From Rhizophagus irregularis (taxonomy: Eukaryota): 64,000 nt of DNA. A program made the position numbers and the translations under genes. Positions 53,201-64,000 of this stretch are shown piece after piece (positions within the stretch are counted from its first letter, which is position 1; the number at the start of each line of letters is the position of its first letter). The DNA is taken from assembly GCF_026210795.1 (NCBI RefSeq), contig NC_089433.1, positions 3,224,001-3,288,000 of the forward strand. Direction: 5' to 3'. Under the pieces are notes generated by a model. It was not told where the DNA came from. It ran no database searches and worked only from the letters and a program-made list of their open reading frames with translations.

Positions 53201-54789
53201 TCCTCTACTTCTTGTTTGTTGTATAATTTGTGACACTTCGTACATGCTGCAAAGCAATGAAATCGATCTTCTATGTTGAGAATATTTCTCGCTTTATATA
53301 AAGTGACGGGAAAATTTTCAAATGCAGTATCGCCAATTTCATCCAATAACAGTTTTATGAACTTTATTAGTGATTCAGTTGCTGTTTCTGGAATGTTAAA
53401 TCTCATTCGAAATTTCATAATCCATATTAAAATCCATAAAAACTTATTATCATCGCTAGTTGGAGTTGGAGTGACATCTGGGTCTTGATATGGTTCGAAA
53501 GAAGGGCATGAATAATCTTCAAAAGTTTCAGATTTGTTATTTTCCGATTCGTCATCTCCATTCAATTCGTTATCATTAGTGTCTTCGCTTTGATCTTTGG
53601 CCATACTTTCTCTCAGTAATAAATCTTGTTCGATGTTACTGATGTTACCAATGGAAACTCTAGTCAAATATACCTTGATCTACGTCTTTGAGGCAATCGG
53701 TCAACTCTTTGCTCATTTAAAATAGTCAATTGAGATGATTCATCATTAATATTTTCAGTATTTTCCAAAACTTCAGATGGTTCATTATCCCAAATTTCAG
53801 TATTTTCCAAAACTTCGATAGTTCGTTATCCCGAATTTCAGTATTTTCGATAATTACTTCTGAAACATCTGACGAAAGTTGGCTTGATAATTTATGTCAA
53901 TTCTTTGTGCGAGGAGCAACTAATATTCCTTCGCAATCGCTACAGAAACAGGGTACTTTATGAATTCTTGGCTGAATGATTGATCGAGTAGTAACTCGAG
54001 GTGATCTGGTAGTAATAGGATTTTCATCAAGTACACTAGATATCGTTCTTTTTCGTCCCATTTTGTCAAAAATTTCAGATAATTTTGATAATTATGGAAT
54101 TGTATCGAAATTTGTTTCGATTCAATAATTATCATATAATTGTTACTAGTGAAGTTTCGACTAATGAATTTTCAACTTGAGCGATCAACTTAAAAGTGAT
54201 TTATCGAATTCTCATCAAACTTTATGAATTTTCCATTAACTTTAAGTGATGTATTGAATTCTCATCAAACTTTACGAATTTTCCATCAACTTTAAGTAGG
54301 ACCCCGGAAAATGCTTATATATGTAAGGTACCAAGGTGCTTAGCCAACATAGTAAAGTTTTATGATGTAAGAATTTTATAATGCTTAATTTTAAGAAAAT
54401 TTTATACTATGTAAGATAATTAAATTGCATATTTTTGGTATTATTTTAAAATACTAAGAGTTTTTAGTTGCTTATTTTTCATATTTATATAACTTTTTAA
54501 AATATTATATATTGAATTTATAATTAATTTTTATTTTATTTTCACTAACGGTGAGTGTTAATTTTGTACTACATTTCACAATTTTATATAAATACATAAA
54601 CAAAAATTTTTTTTTGATGAAATTTCATTTTTTTTTTCAATGTTTTATTAATTATCTGTCAATAGTATCTTTTTAATTTTTATTAAACTCAGTGTATTAT
54701 TTTTAATATAAAATTACTGTATTATACATGTTTATTTTGTTAAATAAAATTACTATAAATATGTTTTACTTTAAAATATAATTTCACTA

Positions 54790-55330
54790 CTCACCACTTT
54801 GGTTATATCAAATTATCTTTTATGCTTAAGTAAGTTTGTTCAGCAAGTTAAATCTACTTGTATTTTAATTTTCATAAGGCTAAGTATGATATTTATATAG
54901 AAAAGCATATTTTTTTTAACGGTAATAACTTTTAAATTTTTCACTTTTTCGTTTATAACTTCAGAGCGTAATTACACCACTTCAGTCAAATGAAATTGAC
55001 TTTCTAAATTAATTGAAAGTTGTTCAGCAAGGTCGAAACTACTTATATATTAATTTTCATGAGTGTGGGTATAATACTTATGGAGAAAAGTGCATTTTTC
55101 ATAACGGTACTAACTTCCGAATTTTTCATTTCTCCGTTTACAACTTCAGAGCGTAATTACACCTCTTTGGTCAAATGAAATCGACTTTCTAAATTAATTG
55201 AAAATTGTTCAGAAAGGTTGAAACTACCTACATATTAATTTTTATGGGTGTAAGTATAATACTTATGGAGAAACTTACATTTTTTGTAATAGTATTAATT
55301 TCGAATTTTTCTTTTACTGTTTATTAACTT
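54790..55330. repeat. Tandem repeat, unit about 183 bp, about three copies
   Basis: AACTTCAGAGCGTAATTACACC at about 54957 and 55142; TGTTCAGMAAG at about 54837, 55021 and 55206. Confidence 0.8.
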
Positions 55331-55524
55331 TATTAATTGAATATTGTTAATCTACTTGTATATTATGTTTAGTTTAGCTTCACAACATATTTAAAATTGG
55401 ATTTAATAAAATATATTAATTAATAAATATATTTTATAAATTATATGTGTTATAATAAAAATTTAATTAGGTTAGAAGATTGATTTGCTTATTTTTATAT
55501 AATTTTTAAGGTTAGATATCAACA

Positions 55525-56850
55525 ATGCTTAGCGATCATAGTAAAAACCTATGCTTAGAGCTACTAATAAAAAATATTTTTGGGATCTTACCTATATAAG
55601 TATTTTCCGGGGTCCTATGGAAGTGGTGAGAGAGAAGTCAATGTGGTTGTTGAAGTTGCTAAAACTAGTGATGAAGACGGAGATAATAGCGAACAATTGA
55701 TAAATAAAAACTCATTAAGTAATCAAGATGTTGATATGATAGAAGTCCCTGGGAACGCTGAAGAATGTGTCCAGGAAGCAGGTTATGAGGTTATTGAAGT
55801 TGCTAAAAAAACTAGTGATGAAGATGGAGATAATAGCGAACAATTGATAAATAAAAACTTATTAAGTAATCAAGATGTTGATATGATAGAAGTCCCTGAG
55901 AACGCTGAAGAATGTGTCCAGGAAGGAGGTTATGAGGTTATTGAGGTTGCTAAAAAAACTAGTGATGAAGATGGAGATAATAGCGAACAATTGATAAATA
56001 AAAACTCATTAAGTAATCAAGATGTCGATATGATAGAGTTCCCTGGGAACGCTGATGTATGTGTCCAGGAAGCAGGTGATGAGGTTGGTAAAATGACCAA
56101 AACTAGTTATTTGTGTCCAGTATACAATAATAGAGGTACCGATGAAGAAAACATGTTTGGCGAACAAATGGTAAACAATAACTCTGAAAGTAATGAAGAA
56201 GATGTAATTTTATTCAAAAATGCTTTCATTAGCGAATACTATGATGACGTAGAAAGTAGTTTTAATGCATTAAATATTACAAATGATTATAATATTTGGC
56301 CTCAATATACATCGTTAAATGCTGTTGAATTGTCACAAAGTCACGAGCTTTCTCATTTTGAACATCAAGTTCATTCGTCTACTTATTTACAACTATCTGA
56401 AATGTACGATTACGGTGATAATTATTCACAAAATATTGATTTATCGTTACGTGATGAAAGAAAATCATTAGATATAAACAAATCTTTAAAATTGTCTAAA
56501 AAACTATTGAAAGAAACAGAATTAAAAGATTCGATTATTTCTGTTGCTTATCCTAAATATAGAAATTCTGAAAATTTAAATTATTTAGAGAATAATAATT
56601 TTTTAAACATACTTGAAAATTGTTTAATTGCAGAAATCAAATCAGAATCACAAAAATGCGAATTATTATTAAATTATTATAGGACTGGGGCATATTTAAA
56701 TAAAGTATTAGAAGACTTAAAGAACGAGTTATCTGATATATCTGAAATTATTGAACGAAATATATGTACTGCTATAGTCGACAATTTTAAGTTCCGTAAA
56801 ATGATTTCCGAAAAATAAGTTTTTAATATATGCAGGGTTATACGTAATTA
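55525..56850 (+). pseudogene. Hypothetical protein with three 49-aa acidic repeats; frameshifted start and premature stops
   Basis: 412-aa frame 55580-56818 with 147-nt repeats; ATG 55525 joins it only with a 1-nt shift in a T run near 55577-81; similarity to the 47236 ORF continues past the TAA (EK*VFNICRVIRN* versus RKFVYDCKKARNF). Confidence 0.6.
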
Positions 56851-57814
56851 AAAGACGCATATTAAAAAAGAAAATTTTGGAATTATTTAGAATATTATTT
56901 TAAATTATTAATACGGACATTCAATAATTCCTCTTATATTTTGATCAAAGTACTTTCTTAAATAAGATTTATTGAAAGTGTTAGAAAAATTATTCACACT
57001 GATATTTTTCGAATTATTGATTTAGTAAATAGTACAAAAAAAAAAACAATCTAATCTAAATTTGTTGTTTTATGTATCACAAAGTATCATTGTACTGACA
57101 TTTATGGCTGTAAATGAAGTCTTTTTTCTTTATATGAAAGGTTGGAGTGTCCTTTTCATTATTTAAATTTAGTTGCATGACATCCATATTTTTACGAAAT
57201 AGAATTTAATTATATTAGGAGTACGGTTATTTGAAAAAATATTCCTGGATACCCTTTTAGTATTGTACATCCGCGGATACCTGTCGCAATTCCGAATATG
57301 TTTTGAAAGCTGTTGTGATTGTTTACATGAATAAGGGTTAACGTTACAATGTTTATTTGTCCAACTTTATCTAACCAAATTGCTTTTTTCAAAATTTAAA
57401 ATCTCATGTGTTAGATGCTGTCGTGTTTTAAACTCGCAGATCTACCTCGGTTGCCATTATTAACTTATTATTAACTGATTTTGCTCGTACGAGCATACAG
57501 GGCTGAGCTGTGCGACAATTAATTTGCAGCATTACTTTATAAGTCGAATAGACCCTCTGAATACGTAATAGAATCTTCCGCGGACAGAGGCTATTAATCT
57601 GTACTTGGGAATACGGTAAATCTGTACACGGAAGCAATAATTCGTACGTACAAAGTAAATGCTTTTAAAACTTTTTACATTACACTTCGGCCGATTTTTA
57701 TACAATAAGAACGACGAACTCCGACCTAAAATTCTTCAAATTCGTGAAATTCGTGCAACTATGTTCCTCAGTGTATTCAGGAGCCCCTGTCTAGGAGTTT
57801 TATTTCTGATTTAC

Positions 57815-58009
57815 CCCAGCATCGCCCCAAGATTTCTAAGTAAAATTCCACCCCACGTGACCGGTGATGTTTAATGGGGAGTGAAAAATATTTTTTTCAC
57901 CACTAAAAATTTCCAGAATACTTATGAAAAAATGAAAACGGTGAGGTGTGACGCGGGGTGACATTTTATGCAGGTCACGTGGGGTGAAAAATCTTGGGGC
58001 GACGCTGGG
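57815..58009. mobile_element. 195-bp MITE with CCCAG termini
   Basis: CCCAGCATCGCCCCAAGATTT / AAATCTTGGGGCGACGCTGGG plus an internal inverted pair CACCCCACGTGACC / GGTCACGTGGGGTG; TSD not clean (TAC/TTC). Confidence 0.8.
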
Positions 58010-58813
58010 TTCTGTACATCGTCACGTGCCTGACAGCGATCACTGATCAATAACCAATCACCCGTTTTGTTTTGAATTATCAGTCCCGATCAAAAATCCG
58101 AGCGATCAGGTTATTGTGTCACCTCTACGTATAATTTTGGTACACTTTGGACTAAAAAAACGTATAAATATGTTAGCTATATTCACTTCTAACAAAACGG
58201 TTCTCTTCAGTATTTTTAATATCAAATTTTTTTAATAAGTGAATAATAAAATGAAGAAATTTTTTTATGCTACAATCACTTTACGACAGGCCACTTCGTG
58301 ACATTTTTTTTAATGAGCCATGTTTATATGACCCAACATTATTATAAACATGAGAAGAATCAATTATTCAATTTAGTAAGGTACAGTATGTAAGTTTAAA
58401 TTTGGTAATCCTTCCATTTTTTTTTATACAGTCCATTATATATAAATGGTATTAACCCAGATACAGTCAAACTGATATGTTAGGATCCATATGAAAATCT
58501 TTGAAAATATCTTTATACCTTATGTTCTCTCATATAGAAGGAAAGTAAAATTTTTATCGTTATATCGATATATCGAGTTTTCAATATATTATCAGTATAT
58601 CGAATATCGAGGTCAAACTGTATGATGTTTTTAAATTGCATTGAAAAATTCCAAAGCATTGTAAATACTTTTGTTTAGTTTTAGTTGGCATGTATTAATA
58701 AAAGTAAAACTTTAAAGTATGAAAAGACTAGCGTCCAATTGAAAAATACAATAATGTTACATATTTTATAAATTTGAACTTTTTAATGATAGGTAAATCT
58801 AAGCAACAACAAG

Positions 58814-59013
58814 CCCTATAAAAAATTTTTATCCGAATATTTCCATTATTTCTCCGTGTCTTCCGTAAAAATTCCGTGAAAATGATACATTCACGGATAT
58901 CCGTGTTAGCGAGATGAAAATTTCCATGATTTAAGGCTATAAATTCCATGAAAATGATACATTCACGGAAAAAACATGGAAAGATAAAACACGGATCAGA
59001 TTTTTTTACAGGG
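58814..59013. mobile_element. 200-bp MITE, same family as 31635-31834, opposite orientation
   Basis: CCCTATAAAAAA / TTTTTTACAGGG; 3-bp TSD AAG. Confidence 0.9.
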
Positions 59014-59119
59014 AAGGATGTAAACAAATCTACTGCACGTAAGAGAAAAAATCCACTGTATCTTATAAACCAGACGAAGATATTGTTAATGAGTCAATTC
59101 ATCTACTTTAATACGTTGA

Positions 59120-59345
59120 TGGCTAATCCAGAAACAATTAGATGTAGTAAAAGGATGCGAATTGGAAATCTTTCACGTCCTCAAAATGCGTTTATGTTAA
59201 TAAAATTGATAGTTTTATTATCTAAAATCTTTGACTAATATACTGTAGATTTGATAAAAAATAAGAAAACTAATAAAGACAATTGAACATAAATTCATAA
59301 ATTGAATGAGGTAGAGATATATCTATACAAATTACTAAACTAGTA
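59120..59345 (+). pseudogene. Possible HMG-box (MATA_HMG-like) gene remnant
   Basis: Only the motif LSRPQNAFML is recognisable; downstream sequence is degraded. Confidence 0.3.
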
Positions 59346-62300
59346 ATAGTTTTGTATATTAGATAAATCACGGACAGATACATTTGGATTGTAATAGAAA
59401 TTTATAGAATAATAAACTTTAAATTTTAGCATGAAATAATTATATAAAGAGTATCGTTAAATCTTTTCTTGACTTAATAAAGAAGAAAAAAAAAAAGGTT
59501 TTAATATTATCATATTATTAACCATGTTTTTATCGAATGTAAATTTATGAGTAGAATTAGGTCAAAAAGGCTGTTATTGAAGCGGAGTTTGTAAAATGTA
59601 ATTGAAAATCATGTGATTAGATATTACTCTGGCCAAATTATAATTTTTGGCCGAAATTAAATAGTGACCCATCACCATTGGTCAAGGTCACCACACTGTA
59701 ATGCCATTTGAACATTTGAAGTAAAATACTCCTTAATTTTGCATTATAATTAGAAATATATAATAAATTCATATATTTTAACGGGAATATAATCAAAAAA
59801 AGCAAAAAGATTATCCGAGAATCATTCTAACTAAAATTTAAATCTGCCAAGCAATAAGGAGAAAAAAAAAATGTTTTTTTTTTGTTTTTATTTCACAGAT
59901 GAATGAAAATGAATAATTAGATCAGATAATATGTTTCTTGTTTGACACTTTTACTTTTTGTATAACAACTCTTTTTTTTTAAAAAAAAAAAAAAAATTCT
60001 TTTCCTTCAATTCCATTTTTAAAAAAAAGAAACTGAATTATATAACCACAATACGAAAAAATAATATAAAAAAAGATAATTTATAAATTATAAAATGAAG
60101 AATATTTTCTTTTTTTGTATATTTGTTTGTTTCATCTTATTTATGAACTTAAAAATAAACAAATATTGATTAAAAATTCAATTTATCTACGAACTTTTCT
60201 TCTCAAAAAAGCCGCGAAATTCTGTGAATGTTTATTTTATGCAATTGGAATTTCGAACAAACACTCTTCATTAAAATATGACACATACCTGGCGTAAAAA
60301 TCGTTCGATAAGTAAAACAAAGTAAACATATAAAATAATTATTTCCATAAATTGTAGCATTCATACAATATGCAAAAAGAAAAAAAGAAATTTATTATTG
60401 TAGTTACCCGTTCCAATTTTTTGATACAATGGCCTTAAAAAAAAAAAAATTTTTTTTTTTTTGATTATGTAAAAGCCCACATTTATTTATTTATTTATTA
60501 TTTATTTATTTATTTATAAATTTTATAATGAAAATTCCCAACTTTAAAAACAAATTATACATTTATCACGTGCAGGGCAGTAAATTGCTGAAAGAATCTC
60601 GGTAATTCATTGGTAACCTAATTTCAACTAATTCTGGCAGTTGTATAATTCAGAGTTCATTCTAGGATATTTTTTTCATTTAGAACTTGGAATTAGTTAG
60701 TAATAGTTAATAATTATCCAATTAATTAACCGATTTGAATGCAATATTCTCGATATTTATTGTTAACCTATAATAAGACACTATATTATGATAATTCAAC
60801 CAACCTTCCTTTAATGTTCATACATATACATATATATGTATTTTTTGTTCAATTATGGATTAGCTACTGCAATTTCACAAATAAAAAAAAATGTCCATTG
60901 TTTGATTTTATCTTAACAAAAATTACATTAATTTTGAAATATATATGCATTTATATTCGGAAATCAATTCGTTTTCGTTATTAAGAAAAAAGAAAATAAT
61001 AAAAGAAAATAATAATAATTTAAGAAAATTTTGTGTATTTAACATATGTACATATGTTAAAGTAGAAATATATAAATAAATATCGATGAATGTTCATTAT
61101 TTTTGTTTTTATTTTGAGAATATTTAAAAAATTTATTTTTATTAATCAAATATTTAAATATTTTATATATATGTTTATATAAATAAAATAATACAAGTAT
61201 GATGGGCATCACCTTTCTATTCTAAATATTAAATTATATATTTTTTCTACATTATTTCAAAATTTAATCATAATTTTTTAAATGTGGTATCATCCAAGCT
61301 TCTAGATTACAACTTGGATAGTCCAGCAACATATTTGTCTCCTCAGGCTTATACATTTTCTAATTTTAAAAGCAAAAAATCATGAGATAAAAGACGAGCC
61401 AATAATGTTGACAATTCAGAAAAACTGAATAAAAACAAAACAGTAATTTGAGTAAACTATTATAATAAATATAAAATAACAAACCTGTTTATGGAACAAT
61501 GCAAATTAGAGGGTAGTGATGACAAGGAAGACGGTGAAATGAGAACGAGGATATAGAACAAGTTTTTTAATAATCCATTAGCATTTTAATATTATAAGAA
61601 AATTTATAATTGCTATCGAGTGGAAGCATAACATTAGGATATGATCAATTGGTGGAAGGAATGACTAGCAAGCAAAGAGAAATGCCGTGAAAGTGGTCAC
61701 TTTAAACAGATGGATTTTGAATAAAGAAAGTTGTCACATTCCGCAGCCAAAGCAATGGAAAAGAAGCTTTATAATTAACACAAATTGTTAAACTGAAGGA
61801 TTTTTATATTTATATGGCAAATAGAATGGTATCATACAACTTCAACCTGAATACGGATAGAATAATTATAATTTAGTAATCTAACCATCAATTATTTTTT
61901 AAATTAAGTATAAAGTATACTCAATTTAATAATATAGTAATTTCTTGGTCCTTTTTTTTAAAAAAAAATAAATAAAATAAAATAAAAATTACATAAAATA
62001 AAATTTTTCTAGAAATTACAATAGCCATTAAATACTGTTAGGCCAATTTTAGGCCTTATTATTTTAACACAAGTTTTTATTTGTTCAAAATTTTATTAAC
62101 TTAGTTTTAATTCTTTGTCTTCTTACATGAAGTGTACTACTAGTATGTTCAGTATGTTCTTGCCTAACTTTGGAAATTAAAACCAAATTGAAATTCGTTG
62201 TAACGCAAATGTACGTATGGAAGGAACGATCAACATGAAGTTGATCCCCGAATTTATTGTTATATTTTTAATCACTCAACTGCCCGATTAGCTTTGTATT

Positions 62301-64000
62301 TTTCAGACGAGATCTACTTTAAAAGGATAATGAACTTTACAAATTTGTCGTAATAACTGGATTCTATAGAGATAACATTTGTAGTAATACAAAATTGTAT
62401 AGATTTGCGGACTGACTTTTAGCAAATGTATTTAATAAGTATCTCATGAACGAATAAAATGTTGTGTTCTTGTGTTATTCTCTCTTACGCGCAGTTTCTT
62501 TAAAACAATAACTAAAATACAGAGATTTGGAATATTATCAACTTGATACGAATAGTAACGCATTATTAGGTTCATTTCCATATATATATATTCATGTATC
62601 TTTTTAGGAGAAATGACACCTTAGATTCAATAATAGATAATGGTTTGATTGGTAATTTGGTACTATGTTAGTTCTGATATAAATTAATAGTATAGTACGT
62701 TATCAAGAAAAAAAAAATATTTAAGCCAAACTTCCTTTTTTTTTTATTCATAAGATATATTGAGTTGTGCCCTCTTTCGATAATAATAAAGATAATCGCA
62801 ATAAGTTCTATTTTAATAAGACTAAAAATATATATGTATTAATTATGTATATTGGGCTGACACATACATTCTTGGCGCTTATTTTTTGGTAATACAAATA
62901 CGTATGGGGGATCTTTCGATTCATCACGTTAACATTTATAGAAATATTAGTTGCAATTAAAGAAAAATTAACCCCTTGCCAATCAGGAATTGACCACAGA
63001 AATGACCTAATGAAAATGCAATTTAATTAAATACGCATGAACTTATCTATATTATTATACTCCTATATTTTTTAAATTAAAATATTAAAATTAATTAATT
63101 TATCAATTTTAAAATAATAAAAAAAACCAAACAAAGAAAAAAAGAAAAACAATAATATGTTATCCTGATCATTTGGTCATTTCTATAAATTATAATTGGT
63201 AAATTATTTGAATTTTATTATAAAGTTATAATTTCAATATTATTCCTAATTTTTTTCTTAATGATATTTTATTGGTAGAAAATTTCTTCATAAAAAATTT
63301 AAATATTTAAAATATTCAGCCTCTCAGGGGAAGAAGGAATAAACGCGATTACAACAACGTTAACAACAACTAATAGCTGCAGCTGTAAATCATGGTATAA
63401 TCATAGTCGGGAATCATCCCATCCATATAAATGCTCTATAATATACTGTGTAAGAAAAGGGTGAGTTTAAGTGAAATAATTCAAATAATTCATATAATTA
63501 TTCGTATTCATAATAGAAATACTTATGACAAATTGCATGATTTTTTTTGAACAACCCATTCGCATTTACTTGGCAATGATTTGTTGGTATTTTACTGCGG
63601 AATTATGCCAAAATTCAAACAATACTAAAACTACCAGATCAAAACAATATCAACATAATAAAAAAAAAACGAACAATATTTCGAAAACTTATAATTATTT
63701 TATTGTTTGAATCACAAATATTATTCAAGAAAATCTTTCCAGAATAAATTGATTATATTATTTATTTATTATTATCATTAATTTACATATTTTTATTCCT
63801 AAAAAAAAATGCCACGTAAAAATGTGAAAATATTAATACATATAATATGATAGGATGCTAAGTAGATCAAAATTTACCATATAAGAGCACAATCATAGAT
63901 TTTTAACGGCAAATTATTTCTAAGTTTATTTTCCAAACCTAGTTAAAATACAATATATGTTTTTTTTTCAGGAGAAGTTGATTATGTTTCAAGTTACAGA

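Larger units (their letters stand above)
48263..54061 (-). pseudogene. CACTA transposase (Transposase_21-type), interrupted by the element at 48353-50942
   Basis: ATG 54061 (MGRKRTISS...VPCFCSDC); ACTKCHKLY; DIYDG; LMLNVDWFQP; LPGPNEVSLHQINHYLAP; GVRWSEL; GFSNFTADQW; PLYAFWCFSFERMNGILG. Removing the insert restores HNILSRFV|PIKYKILDRKNAREYLAVNPVNRKFNIC* (stop 48263). Many stops and frameshifts. Confidence 0.9.
47936..54170 (-). mobile_element. CACTA element (left terminus clear, right terminus uncertain)
   Basis: Starts CACTAGTCGAAA at 47936, followed by TTTCGG/TTCTGA subterminal repeats; contains a Transposase_21 gene; imperfect complement TTTCGACTAATG at about 54155-54166. Confidence 0.6.

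Noticed and set aside
58728..59238. ORFs 58728-59027 and 58948-59238
   Set aside because: They run through the 200-bp MITE; only the RPQNAF motif is possibly meaningful.
1..64000. Telomeric repeat arrays or telomerase RNA near TERT
   Set aside because: No tandem TTAGGG/CCCTAA tract seen, and telomerase RNA cannot be recognised by eye.
59400..64000. Genes in the last 4.6 kb
   Set aside because: Only short ORFs and scattered splice-like signals (about 61300-61800 and 63320-63470); no coherent gene model could be built.

Overview
Very AT-rich eukaryotic DNA with short (about 55-105 nt) GT-AG introns. Gene content and style point to an arbuscular mycorrhizal fungus (Glomeromycotina, Rhizophagus-like); this is inference, not a database result. 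Contents in order: (1) the 3' half of an intron-containing telomerase reverse transcriptase (TERT) copy, apparently inactivated by CpG-type transitions and lying next to a decayed CMC/Plavaka-like transposon; (2) a cluster of three cytochrome P450 genes (8.7-20 kb); (3) about 35 kb of nested CMC-superfamily DNA transposons (one Plavaka-type and two CACTA/Transposase_21-type transposase pseudogenes, accessory or cargo genes, MITEs). The most unusual feature is a pair of non-autonomous elements (36753-40409 and 48353-50942) with CATCAG(C/T)AAG terminal inverted repeats and 2-bp target-site duplications. Each carries a shared palindromic promoter-like block, a pyrimidine-rich leader and an array of nine predicted introns separating 25-51 nt micro-exons. 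In most introns both the 5' splice site and the branch point sit in hairpins whose stems differ in sequence but keep base pairing. Exon boundaries were read by eye and may be off by a few bases.
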